Shown: positions 9,834 to 17,560 of the stretch, piece after piece
How positions within the stretch are numbered: position 1 is the first letter of the stretch
Layout: each line of letters opens with the position of its first letter
Source: an uncultured delta proteobacterium
Lineage (GTDB): Bacteria; Desulfobacterota; RBG-13-43-22
NCBI GenBank assembly: GCA_963802945.1
Contig: CAWDKY010000015.1
Coordinates: forward strand, 64,001-128,000
Length of the DNA: 64,000 nucleotides
Reading direction: 5' to 3'
Position numbers and translations under genes: made by a program
Notes under the pieces: generated by a model
Told to the model about the DNA's origin: nothing
The model's input: only the letters and a program-made list of their open reading frames with translations
Databases searched by the model: none

Positions 9834-9862
9834 ATTGTAGCCATAAGGCTACACCGTGTCAA
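9834..9862 (-). promoter_or_regulatory. sigma70 promoter with palindromic operator
   Basis: TTGACA-17-TACAAT; perfect TGTAGCC-ataa-GGCTACA at 9836-9853; ATG 5 nt after the -10 box. Confidence 0.8.
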
Positions 9863-9896
9863 TGCTTTTTTTATTTTTATTGCTCAAGAAGGAAAT

Positions 9897-10085
9897 GGGG
9901 TACGGCCAGACTAGACTCTTTAATTGTATTGAGTATCTTAAGGATGATACCATGACAAATTTTATTGATCATGAAACACGTTATATTATCTCCTCGTTAA
10001 TTCAATCCGTTCAGATGGTCCGACTCCAATTAAGACAATAAGACCTCGATGTCAAGAAAATTAGTATTATGTCCCCGGAATACCG
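9897..10085. repeat. non-coding element, copy 5 (full length, diverged centre)
   Basis: ggccagac...ttgtattgagtatc...gatggtccgactccaattaaga...gatgtcaag...agtattatgtccccggaataccg; collinear with copies 1 and 4. Confidence 0.8.
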
Positions 10086-10382
10086 TAGAAGGAATGTCTA
10101 AGCTGTAACAGGTTATGACATCATTCTGAGAGATAAAAAATTTTTCAAGGTGATGCTTCCATCCTTGTTCTCTTTGGATTGTGTTATACAAACAAGACAA
10201 ATGAGTGTTGAGCACTGCGATTCGCTGAAGGCTGATACTGTCTATTGAGTCAAATCCCCCATCGGTGCGCGTCCTTAACTGGAGTCTGACCTCGTTATAG
10301 TCGTTGCACCTTCCTGACAAATATTGCCTGACTACCCTTGGAAGTTCAATGCGCCGCTAAGATATGGAGCATTTTAAACCTA

Positions 10383-10435
10383 TTGACATAGATTCTCTTC
10401 TGTAGTAATATTAAAATCTGTTAAACAGTAAAACA
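10383..10435 (+). promoter_or_regulatory. sigma70 promoter and candidate operator of the NuoEFG-like operon
   Basis: TTGACA-17-TAATAT, followed by CTGT-TAA-ACAG and repeated TAAA(A)CA. Confidence 0.55.
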
Positions 10436-10448
10436 TAAGGAGTACTAA

Positions 10449-11171
10449 ATGAGAAGAGAGAACAGGAAATCCAAGTATGCAGGAGTAAGACTGAGTGAAG
10501 AGCAAAGCCGCGTCTTATCACAGCTGCGGCAAAATTCCACCCTGAGCAAAAGCGAGATTCTGTTGAGAGGTTTGGATCTTCTTGCTGAATATTATTCGCT
10601 TGGTCTTAACGAACCACCTTTGAACCTTGAGTTAAGAGACCTCGAGATGGAAGCTGTTCATCATGCGGAGGCTCTTAGACAAATCAAGAAAAAGGAAGGA
10701 GCTATTTTGCAAATGGTTCAGGAGTTAATTAATGTCGAAAAGATTCTGGATAAATACCAGCGTGACAAAAGCAATTTAATCCAGATACTTCTTGACATTC
10801 AAGCACAAAATCACTGGCTTCCTAAACCGGATCTGATTTGGGTTTTCGAAAGGCTAGGGGTTCCTTGGTCCCAAATTTACCACATTGTTACCTTCTACAA
10901 AGCATTTAGTCTTATCCCTCGGGGTCGACATATGATGCAAGTATGCCTTGGGACTGCCTGTCAGGTAAGAAGTGGGCCACGAGTTCTGGATAAAGTGATG
11001 GATCTTCTTGGGATTAAGCCTGGTGAGACAGACCAGGAGCAAAAGTTTAGTTTATTTACAGTAAACTGTTTGGGCTGTTGCGCTTTGGGGCCAGTGGTAG
11101 CTGTTGATATGGATTACTATAGCGATCCCTCTACAGAACAACTTAAACAGATAGTCGCTAGCTATAAGTAG
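10449..11171 (+). CDS. NuoE/HydC-like [2Fe-2S] subunit with extra N-terminal RHH-like domain
   Basis: C-terminal VCLGTACQV...VNCLGCCALGP; ~88-aa extension beginning YAGVRLSEEQSRVLSQL...LSKSEILLRGL. Confidence 0.88.
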   Translation: MRRENRKSKYAGVRLSEEQSRVLSQLRQNSTLSKSEILLRGLDLLAEYYSLGLNEPPLNLELRDLEMEAVHHAEALRQIKKKEGAILQMVQELINVEKILDKYQRDKSNLIQILLDIQAQNHWLPKPDLIWVFERLGVPWSQIYHIVTFYKAFSLIPRGRHMMQVCLGTACQVRSGPRVLDKVMDLLGIKPGETDQEQKFSLFTVNCLGCCALGPVVAVDMDYYSDPSTEQLKQIVASYK

Positions 11172-11187
11172 ATAAGAGGAGAGAATT

Positions 11188-13104
11188 ATGAGAAAATTAG
11201 GTTCACCCGCAGATCTGGACAGGTTCAGGCGGCAGCTTGTTTCAAAGCGCGATCCTAGCCTCCCGTGTGTGACAATTTGCTCGGGTACGGGGTGCCAGGC
11301 CTACCGTGCCGAAGATGTGGCTGATACCTTCGTCCGTGAGATTGAAAAACAAGGGCTTAAGAAGAAAGTTAGCTTTCGACGCACTGGATGCCATGGTTTT
11401 TGCGAGCGTGGATCAATAGTGATTATCTTTCCCCAGGAGATCTGTTATCTGGGCGTGAGCAGCAAAGATATCCCCGAGATTATCTCCCAGACTCTGGGTA
11501 AGAATAAGCTGGTCGAACGTTTACTTTATAAGGATGACAAGACTGGTCAAAGTATAGCTTATGACTCAGAGATACCATTCTATAAGAACCAGAGTCGTAT
11601 ACTTCTTGCTAATAACCGGCTTATTAGCCCTCAGAATATTGATGATTATGTTGCCCTCGGGGGTTATTCTGCTCTCGTCAAGACCCTGTTTGAGCTTGGC
11701 CGTGATAATGTGCTGCAAATGATAAAGAATGCTAATCTGCGGGGTAGGGGTGGGGGCGGATTCCCGACCGGGATAAAATGGGAAACAACCCGTAATGCGC
11801 CCGGAGAGCCAAAATATGTTATTGTCAATGCCGATGAGGGCGATCCGGGGGCTTATATGAATCGAAGCTTGCTTGAAGGAAACCCCCACAGTGTGCTGGA
11901 AGGGTTGATTATCGGCGCTTATGTCATTGGTTCCAATAAGGGCTTTGTCTATGTCCGCCAGGAATATCGTCTAGCTGTGCAAAACGTTGCTATTGCTATT
12001 GAGCAAGCACGAGAATATGGACTTCTAGGTGAAAACATTCTAGGTTCAGGTTTCAATTTTGATGTCGATATACATCGGGGTCCTGGTGCTTTCGTATCGG
12101 GAGAATCAAGCGCATTAATGACGGCGATAGAAGGAAGGGTGGGTGAGCCAAGACCAAAGTATGTCCGCACGGCGGTAAGCGGCATCTGGGAGAGACCGAG
12201 CAACCTGAATAATGTGGAGACCTGGGCAAACGTGCCTCTCATTATAAATAAGGGTGTGGACTGGTTTAAGAGCATAGGTTCCGCAGGGAACCCGGGAACA
12301 AAGATTTTTTCTTTAGTTGGTAAGGTTAAGAATACTGGTCTAGTTGAGGTGCCGTTGGGTACTACATTTAGAGAAATTATCTTTAACATTGGTGGTGGCA
12401 TTCCCAAAGGCAAAAAGTTTAAAGCCGTTCAAACAGGGGGGCCCTCAGGAGGCTGTATTCCGGAGAGCCTGTTAGATATGCCGGTGGATTTTGATAACAT
12501 TGCCAAAGTTGGCTCGATGTTGGGCTCAGGTGGAATGATTGTCATGGACGAGGACAATTGCATGGTGGATATTGCCAGATACTTCGTTAATTTCCTCTGC
12601 GAGCAATCCTGTGGAAAATGCGTTCCTTGCCGCGAGGGGTTAAGACAAATGCACGTCATCTTGAATAACATCTGTAACAGCAAAGGCAAGGAAGGAGACA
12701 TTGAACTTCTCCATGAGATCTCTGAGGTAATGCAGGACGCTTCCCTCTGTGCTCTTGGTACTACTGCTGCCAATCCAGTGTTGAGCACCATCAAGTATTT
12801 CAGAGATGAGTATGAGGCACATATCCGTGAGAAGCGTTGTCCCGCTGGCGTTTGTCGAGAACTTATAACCTATTACATCCTTCCTGAGAAATGTAAGGCC
12901 TGTCTTATCTGCTTCCGAAACTGCCCGACAGGGGCGATTATTGGCAGGAAGGATACCGTTCATGTCATCGACCAAGCGAAGTGCACTAAGTGTGGGACTT
13001 GCCTTGAGGTCTGTCCTACTCGCTTTGGAGCAGTGGTGAAACTCTCGGGTCAGCCAGCGCCGGTGTCGGCTCTTGATGGCACCAAGGTAATACGGAGAAA
13101 GTGA
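11188..13104 (+). CDS. NuoF/HydB-like NADH-binding flavoprotein with N-terminal thioredoxin-like Fe-S and C-terminal 2x[4Fe-4S] domains
   Basis: LRGRGGGGFPTG, NADEGDPGA, QSCGKCVPCREG, CKACLICFRNCP and CTKCGTCLEVCP. Confidence 0.95.
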   Translation: MRKLGSPADLDRFRRQLVSKRDPSLPCVTICSGTGCQAYRAEDVADTFVREIEKQGLKKKVSFRRTGCHGFCERGSIVIIFPQEICYLGVSSKDIPEIISQTLGKNKLVERLLYKDDKTGQSIAYDSEIPFYKNQSRILLANNRLISPQNIDDYVALGGYSALVKTLFELGRDNVLQMIKNANLRGRGGGGFPTGIKWETTRNAPGEPKYVIVNADEGDPGAYMNRSLLEGNPHSVLEGLIIGAYVIGSNKGFVYVRQEYRLAVQNVAIAIEQAREYGLLGENILGSGFNFDVDIHRGPGAFVSGESSALMTAIEGRVGEPRPKYVRTAVSGIWERPSNLNNVETWANVPLIINKGVDWFKSIGSAGNPGTKIFSLVGKVKNTGLVEVPLGTTFREIIFNIGGGIPKGKKFKAVQTGGPSGGCIPESLLDMPVDFDNIAKVGSMLGSGGMIVMDEDNCMVDIARYFVNFLCEQSCGKCVPCREGLRQMHVILNNICNSKGKEGDIELLHEISEVMQDASLCALGTTAANPVLSTIKYFRDEYEAHIREKRCPAGVCRELITYYILPEKCKACLICFRNCPTGAIIGRKDTVHVIDQAKCTKCGTCLEVCPTRFGAVVKLSGQPAPVSALDGTKVIRRK

Positions 13105-13111
13105 GGGAAAT

Positions 13112-13711
13112 ATGGCAAAAATAAAATTGGAAATAGATGGTAAACTTGTTGAGGCAGAGGAGTCAATGACTCTTCTCCAGGCAGCTCGGAAGGCAGAAAT
13201 CGACATCCCTACCCTTTGCTACAACGAGCGGTTGTCTCCTTACGGTGGATGCCGGCTGTGTGTGGTAGAAATAAGTAGGAATAATAGAACGAGGATAGTA
13301 GCATCCTGTGTCTACATGGTAGAAAATAATTTGGTGGTAAAAACTGAGTCAAAACGAGTGATAAAGATTCGTAGAATGATTTTAGAGCTCCTTTTGCCCC
13401 TCTCTCCTACAGGACCAATAGAGAGTCTAGCTAGAAAATATGGCCTTGAAAAGTCACGGTTCCCGAGTGTAAATACAGGTTGTAGTTTATGTGGCTTATG
13501 CGTCCGCTACTGCGCAGAAATTAAGAAAGCCAATGCTATTGGCTTCATAGGTAAAGGCGTAGAACGTGAGGTTGCTTACATGCCAGATGTAGCTATCAAA
13601 GTATGTCCTGGCTGCCGAGAGTGTTTTGTTTTTTGTCCTGGGGGCAAAGTCATTACAGAACGCCCTTATGGAACTTGGTTCCCAACCCTGAGTTGGCAGA
13701 AGAAACCATAG
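13112..13711 (+). CDS. short NuoG/HoxU-like Fe-S subunit (no catalytic domain)
   Basis: IPTLC...GGCRLCVVE...ASC [2Fe-2S]; CSLCGLCVRYC; CPGCRECFVFCP; 199 aa. Confidence 0.9.
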   Translation: MAKIKLEIDGKLVEAEESMTLLQAARKAEIDIPTLCYNERLSPYGGCRLCVVEISRNNRTRIVASCVYMVENNLVVKTESKRVIKIRRMILELLLPLSPTGPIESLARKYGLEKSRFPSVNTGCSLCGLCVRYCAEIKKANAIGFIGKGVEREVAYMPDVAIKVCPGCRECFVFCPGGKVITERPYGTWFPTLSWQKKP

Positions 13712-13890
13712 CTTCATTATTAATAACCAACCCGATGAGGTCTCCGTCGCTCGCCTCGCTCACTCATAACATGCAGGCCTTTCAGCACTACCAACCAGGG
13801 CTCACATTCAGAACTACTTCTTCTTTTCTATCTGGTCATTTTTGATAGTGAGGACCACTTTATCGCCGATTTTGTTTATTTTGTCGAAGG

Positions 13891-13998
13891 TTATGTGGTC
13901 TTTTTGTTCCAGCCTGCTCGAACCGGTTCGGAAAGGGTCCCCTCTATCATGGCGTCAGAAACTGCTACAAAATGGTGATAATGACAATCAATAAACAT
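13891..13998 (-). pseudogene. N-terminal fragment resembling an amidohydrolase
   Basis: AAGGA RBS, then MFIDCHYH (IDxHxH), truncated after 35 aa. Confidence 0.4.
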
Positions 13999-14091
13999 GG
14001 CGATTTCCTTTGAGAAATGGAGTCCATTATTTTTCCATTGACACTCCTTGGATGTGTCCATTTTGAAAAAAGTAAATATTTCAATCAGTAA

Positions 14092-14717
14092 GTGTGCCAC
14101 GAAGCCGCACAAGAGATGAGAGGAGGTCCCTCGAAGTCGGCTTGCAGGGGTTGGCTTCAAACTACCTTAAGCTGCATTGGTCAAGAGCCATTGTGGTGAG
14201 CGTTAAGGAAAAGGCAGGGCAACGACCCTGTCAAGTGAGGATCAGGGAGGCGAGCGCAAGCGAACTATTTCTGAGGTGTCGAAATGAATTGGATGATGTC
14301 AAAACTGGGGGGCTTACTGATCCCCAGGATAAGTTCAAGGGGGACCTGTTTACTGCTTGGGCGAAATCCGGCATAAAGGTAGCGCGAACCTGATTCAGGC
14401 TCTTGTGTTGAACGTGGGAACCTGTCGTTCCGATGATAAGGGAGAAATTCAAGTGGAGGAAACCACAAGAATGAGAGTACCGATGCGGAAAACAGGGGCG
14501 GACCAACTCGTAGTAGTGTTGAAGTTCCTGTAATGGGAATGGAGCGAAGGGGTTGGATCATCCGTCCTTACTTTTTGGTCAACCAGTGATGGGAGGAGCC
14601 AGGAGGCAAGGCAAGGTTGCTATAAAAGACAACCGGATGATAGGAGCCGGATGACGGGAGACTGTCACGTCCGGATCTGTGAGGGCCTGGGGGTGAAATT
14701 CCCCCGGGCTCCTCGAC
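14092..14717 (+). mobile_element. ORF-less group II intron (IIB-like), ~626 nt
   Basis: 5' GTGTG; domain V GAGCCGGATGACGGGAGACTGTCACGTCCGGATC with AGC triad; domain VI ending CTCGAC; domain IV too short for a reverse transcriptase. Confidence 0.88.
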
Positions 14718-14906
14718 TCAACAAAAGGGAATTGAAATTTCTTGACTTTTTCCCAATTAAACGATAGAAAATCATTAATAAATTAAAAAAGTTTTCTTGT
14801 GAGCAATTTTTCTCAACCGTGAAACTGCGGGCGTTCGTAGACTTGTCGATGGTCTGTAGGCCTTATACAGAGTGTATAATTATTGTTAAACAGCAACGGA
14901 GAAGCT

Positions 14907-15650
14907 ATGGCCGACAAGTTTGAAGAGTTTATCGATCGTATCAAGAAGCAGCCCAATTTGATGCAATACAGTGAAGCTGACACGAAGCAGACTATCATAC
15001 TGCCGCTTCTTGGCCATCTCTGTTGGGATTTCAGTGACCGGGATGAAGTGAGACCCGAATATTCTGTCGCTGGCAAGCGGGTTGACTATGCTCTAATCCT
15101 TAGAGGCCAACCTAAAGTATTTATAGAAGCAAAACGTATTGATCAGGATCTTAGCGCCTATCACGAGCAATTAGTCGTCAAAGAAGAAGATTTCTACGGC
15201 CCGTTTGCTGACTGGCTTGTTAACGAACTGGAAGACTGCACCAAAGCAATACCCCTCGGTGGAAACAGATTTAAGGACAAATGGGGAACACCAGATGTCG
15301 TGGGGAAGAATGAGTCGAAACGAAGCGACATAATTCAAGGCCCTGTTGAAATTGTTTCTGCCGAAATAAAAACAGACGCCAATCAATTTAGTACGGCTTT
15401 TGGCCAAACCTGTTCTTATCGACTATTCAGCCACAAAGTGTATCTCGTCATTCCCCTGAACTCCCCCCAAGACGACATCGCCAGACTTGATTCTCTTTGC
15501 ATGGTCTTTAGTATCGGTCTTATACTTTTCAATCCAGAAAGCGTCGAAAATCCTGAATTTGACATACGAGTGAGGGCCAAAAAGCACGACCCAGATATGT
15601 ATTACGTTAATAAGAACATGAAGCTAATCGAAAAGGAATTATTCCAATGA
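14907..15650 (+). CDS. putative nuclease: HsdR-N-like PD-(D/E)xK part fused to a second PD-(D/E)xK domain
   Basis: EADTK...PLL...PEY...RVDYAL...FIEAK, then WGTPDVVG...SAEIK...AFGQTCSY; GGAG RBS before ATG 14907. Confidence 0.7.
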   Translation: MADKFEEFIDRIKKQPNLMQYSEADTKQTIILPLLGHLCWDFSDRDEVRPEYSVAGKRVDYALILRGQPKVFIEAKRIDQDLSAYHEQLVVKEEDFYGPFADWLVNELEDCTKAIPLGGNRFKDKWGTPDVVGKNESKRSDIIQGPVEIVSAEIKTDANQFSTAFGQTCSYRLFSHKVYLVIPLNSPQDDIARLDSLCMVFSIGLILFNPESVENPEFDIRVRAKKHDPDMYYVNKNMKLIEKELFQ

Positions 15651-15713
15651 GATACCAGCGGTTGCAGCGGATCGGCCATAAAGAGGGCATCTCGCTGATG
15701 CGTAGCGTTGGAC
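15651..15713 (+). other. degenerate integron attC site
   Basis: Starts right after the stop codon; imperfect palindrome (CAGCG/CGCTG) ending CGCTGATGCGTAGC-GTTGGAC (GTTRRRY); the left core is degenerate. Confidence 0.6.
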
Positions 15714-15812
15714 CCTATTGCATTGTGCCTTTGGCACCGCAAGATCGTGCCACGGGTCAACGCCGCATTAGCCTCGATTAACGACAGCCGTTGAAATCGG
15801 TGAGGTGATGAA

Positions 15813-16343
15813 GTGTCACTCGGTCTTGTCACAGCAGATGCTGATGGAATCTACCTCGCTGCCGAAAGCGAGGGCCTCCGGTGTGGTCTCATCACCTCCA
15901 AGATTCGGCTGCTACAGTCGGATCCCGAGTTCGCCATCGTTGTTACTGGTGGGCTTGAGCATTGGCGTTATGTCTTCACGTCCTTTCGGTGGCAGCCAAA
16001 TCTAAGGGCTACGTGCGATGAAATCGCACGCTTGCTGAACGAGAACATGAATCGTACAAATCAGGCTTACGGGCTGTTATGTGGCTATGAAGGCGATCAA
16101 CCCGTCTGGTATCGAATCACTCGGTCGGTAGGGTCGGAAGTCTCAAGGTGGTATAAGGGCAGATTGACGGCTGTGGAGATGATTGGTATCGAGGAACATG
16201 CGGTAGCAGCAAGACAGAACGCGGAAGCGGCGATCTTGCGCGGGAATCGTCCAGAACAAGCTTTGCGTGAGGCGATTGAGTCTCGAATTCCAGGCGAGGG
16301 AGTACGAGGCCCTGTTGAGTCGATGAGGATTCCATGCGCCTAA
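15813..16343 (+). CDS. hypothetical cassette protein, possible proteasome-beta/Ntn-hydrolase fold
   Basis: MSLGLVTADADGIYLAAES...SKI...VVTGG pattern; stop codon lies in GCCTAA (attC left core). Confidence 0.6.
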   Translation: MSLGLVTADADGIYLAAESEGLRCGLITSKIRLLQSDPEFAIVVTGGLEHWRYVFTSFRWQPNLRATCDEIARLLNENMNRTNQAYGLLCGYEGDQPVWYRITRSVGSEVSRWYKGRLTAVEMIGIEEHAVAARQNAEAAILRGNRPEQALREAIESRIPGEGVRGPVESMRIPCA

Positions 16344-16404
16344 TCGGGTAGCCGAGGGTTTTTCTCCCCCGGCCCCCACACCACCCGGCGTGCGGGGTCC
16401 GTAG
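16343..16404 (-). mobile_element. 3' remnant of a group IIC-attC intron
   Basis: Minus strand TACGGACCCCGCACGCCGGGTGGTGTGGGGGCC...CTCGGCTACCCGAT followed directly by TAGGC, the attC bottom-strand insertion point. Confidence 0.8.
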
Positions 16405-16485
16405 CTGAGGCAGGCAATCGCACCAATAAACCAAGTTTTCTTGTTGGCAGCCTTTAAACGGGAAGTGTCGATGGAAGGATAACGG

Positions 16486-16522
16486 ACCCCATTTCTCAAA
16501 GGAGAGGTGGGGTTTTTTGTTT
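16486..16522 (+). terminator. intrinsic terminator
   Basis: ACCCCATTTCTC-AAAG-GAGAGGTGGGGT followed by a T-rich tract. Confidence 0.7.
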
Positions 16523-16574
16523 TAAGAGAAGAACCATAATAATTTATGGTCGGCATCAAACGGAGACTTCAAAA

Positions 16575-17255
16575 ATGAAAGATGACAAAAAGACCAAAGA
16601 GCAACTGATCCAGGAGTTGGAAGATCTCCGTTGGAGGATTGCTAAACAAGAAAAGTTAAAAACCGAGCGCAAGCCAGCAGAAAAAGCATTGCAGGAGTCG
16701 GAGGAGAAATATCGTTCCCTGGCATCCTCTGATGACCCCATGTATTTCGTAGACAGGGAATGCCGATATCGGTTCATGAATGAGGCATACTTGTTGAGGC
16801 TTGGCCTATCGTTGGATAAGGTTATAGGCCGATCCTATGGAGAGTTCCATTCAGAAGAAGGTACAAAGCAGTTCGCTGATAAAGTTGAAACAGTGTTCGC
16901 TACAGGTAATTCTTTCCAAACCGAACACAGAAGTGAAAGAGATAATAAATATTTTCTCCGAACATTCGGTCCGGTTAAAGATTTACAGAGAAACGTTACT
17001 TACGTAACAGTGATTTCAAAAGACGTCACCGAGCGTAAGCGGGCTGAGGAGGCGCTCCTGGAATCCGAAAAACGTCTTCAGTGGTTGAACGAACATATTC
17101 TGAACATGGTAAAGGTCCTGTCTCATGATGTCAGGGGACCATTGATTTCCATCGTCTCCATCTTGAAACTCCTGCTTCGAGGCTCCTACGGAGAGCTGGA
17201 TCAAAATCTGGCCAACACCGTCAAGGAACTTTTGTCCCGTTGCCTCCGCCTGTAA
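16575..17255 (+). pseudogene. truncated PAS-domain histidine kinase
   Basis: KTKEQLIQEL leader, PAS/PAC (DVTERKRAEEAL), HisKA SHDVRGPL, then stop; no HATPase domain. Confidence 0.8.
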
Positions 17256-17310
17256 AAATAGGGTCAGCGCCCAATTATGCCGGTTTTGCTTCGGCCATTG
17301 GAGCTATCTT

Positions 17311-17550
17311 TTATGTGGTCTCTTTGTAATGCGAAGCGTACCAATCAACAACCTCTCGTATCATTTTCTGATAGGAAGTCTTATGTTTCTTCGCCTGCAT
17401 CTTAAAGAAATCGATGCTCGACTTTTTTAAAGAGATAGTAACCTTAAGATGATCTTCTTTCAATACCAATTGATCCGGGGGAAGCAGGAAATCTCTTACG
17501 ACCCTCAGTTCCCCTATCGGTTCATTGGTATAATTTATTTTCGATTTCAT
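17311..17550 (-). CDS. BrnA/CopG-like antitoxin (orphan)
   Basis: DFLLPPDQLVLKE..VTISL..SIDFFK..SYQKMIR. Confidence 0.8.
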   Translation of the reverse strand: MKSKINYTNEPIGELRVVRDFLLPPDQLVLKEDHLKVTISLKKSSIDFFKMQAKKHKTSYQKMIREVVDWYASHYKETT

Positions 17551-17560
17551 AATGGATTCC

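Noticed and set aside
5923-10085. CRISPR array or attC array interpretation of the repeated element
   Set aside because: Units are ~190 bp, degenerate and separated by whole genes; they lack the RYYYAAC...GTTRRRY palindromic structure; no cas or intI gene in the window.
9856-10320. ORFs 9856-10041 and 10030-10320, and 5830-6030 (shared RLQLR ending)
   Set aside because: The similarity comes from the non-coding repeat; no RBS or conserved frame across the copies.
13102-13111. TGA stops of nuoF and other long genes as Sec codons
   Set aside because: The proteins are already complete at those stops and there is no Cys-equivalent context; for nuoF the next gene starts 7 nt later.
13720-13775. 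attC-like fragment (ataaccaacccg...cgctcgcctcgctc) after the NuoG-like gene
   Set aside because: No GTTRRRY right end and no convincing pairing.
14094-14561. Three short ORFs listed inside the group II intron
   Set aside because: They overlap structured intron RNA and show no RT or other protein motifs.
13891-17327. 17-bp near-direct repeat ttatgtggtctYtttgt at 13891 and 17311 as island att sites
   Set aside because: Short, one mismatch, coincides with ORF ends, no integrase; may be chance or a remnant of a second antitoxin 3' end.
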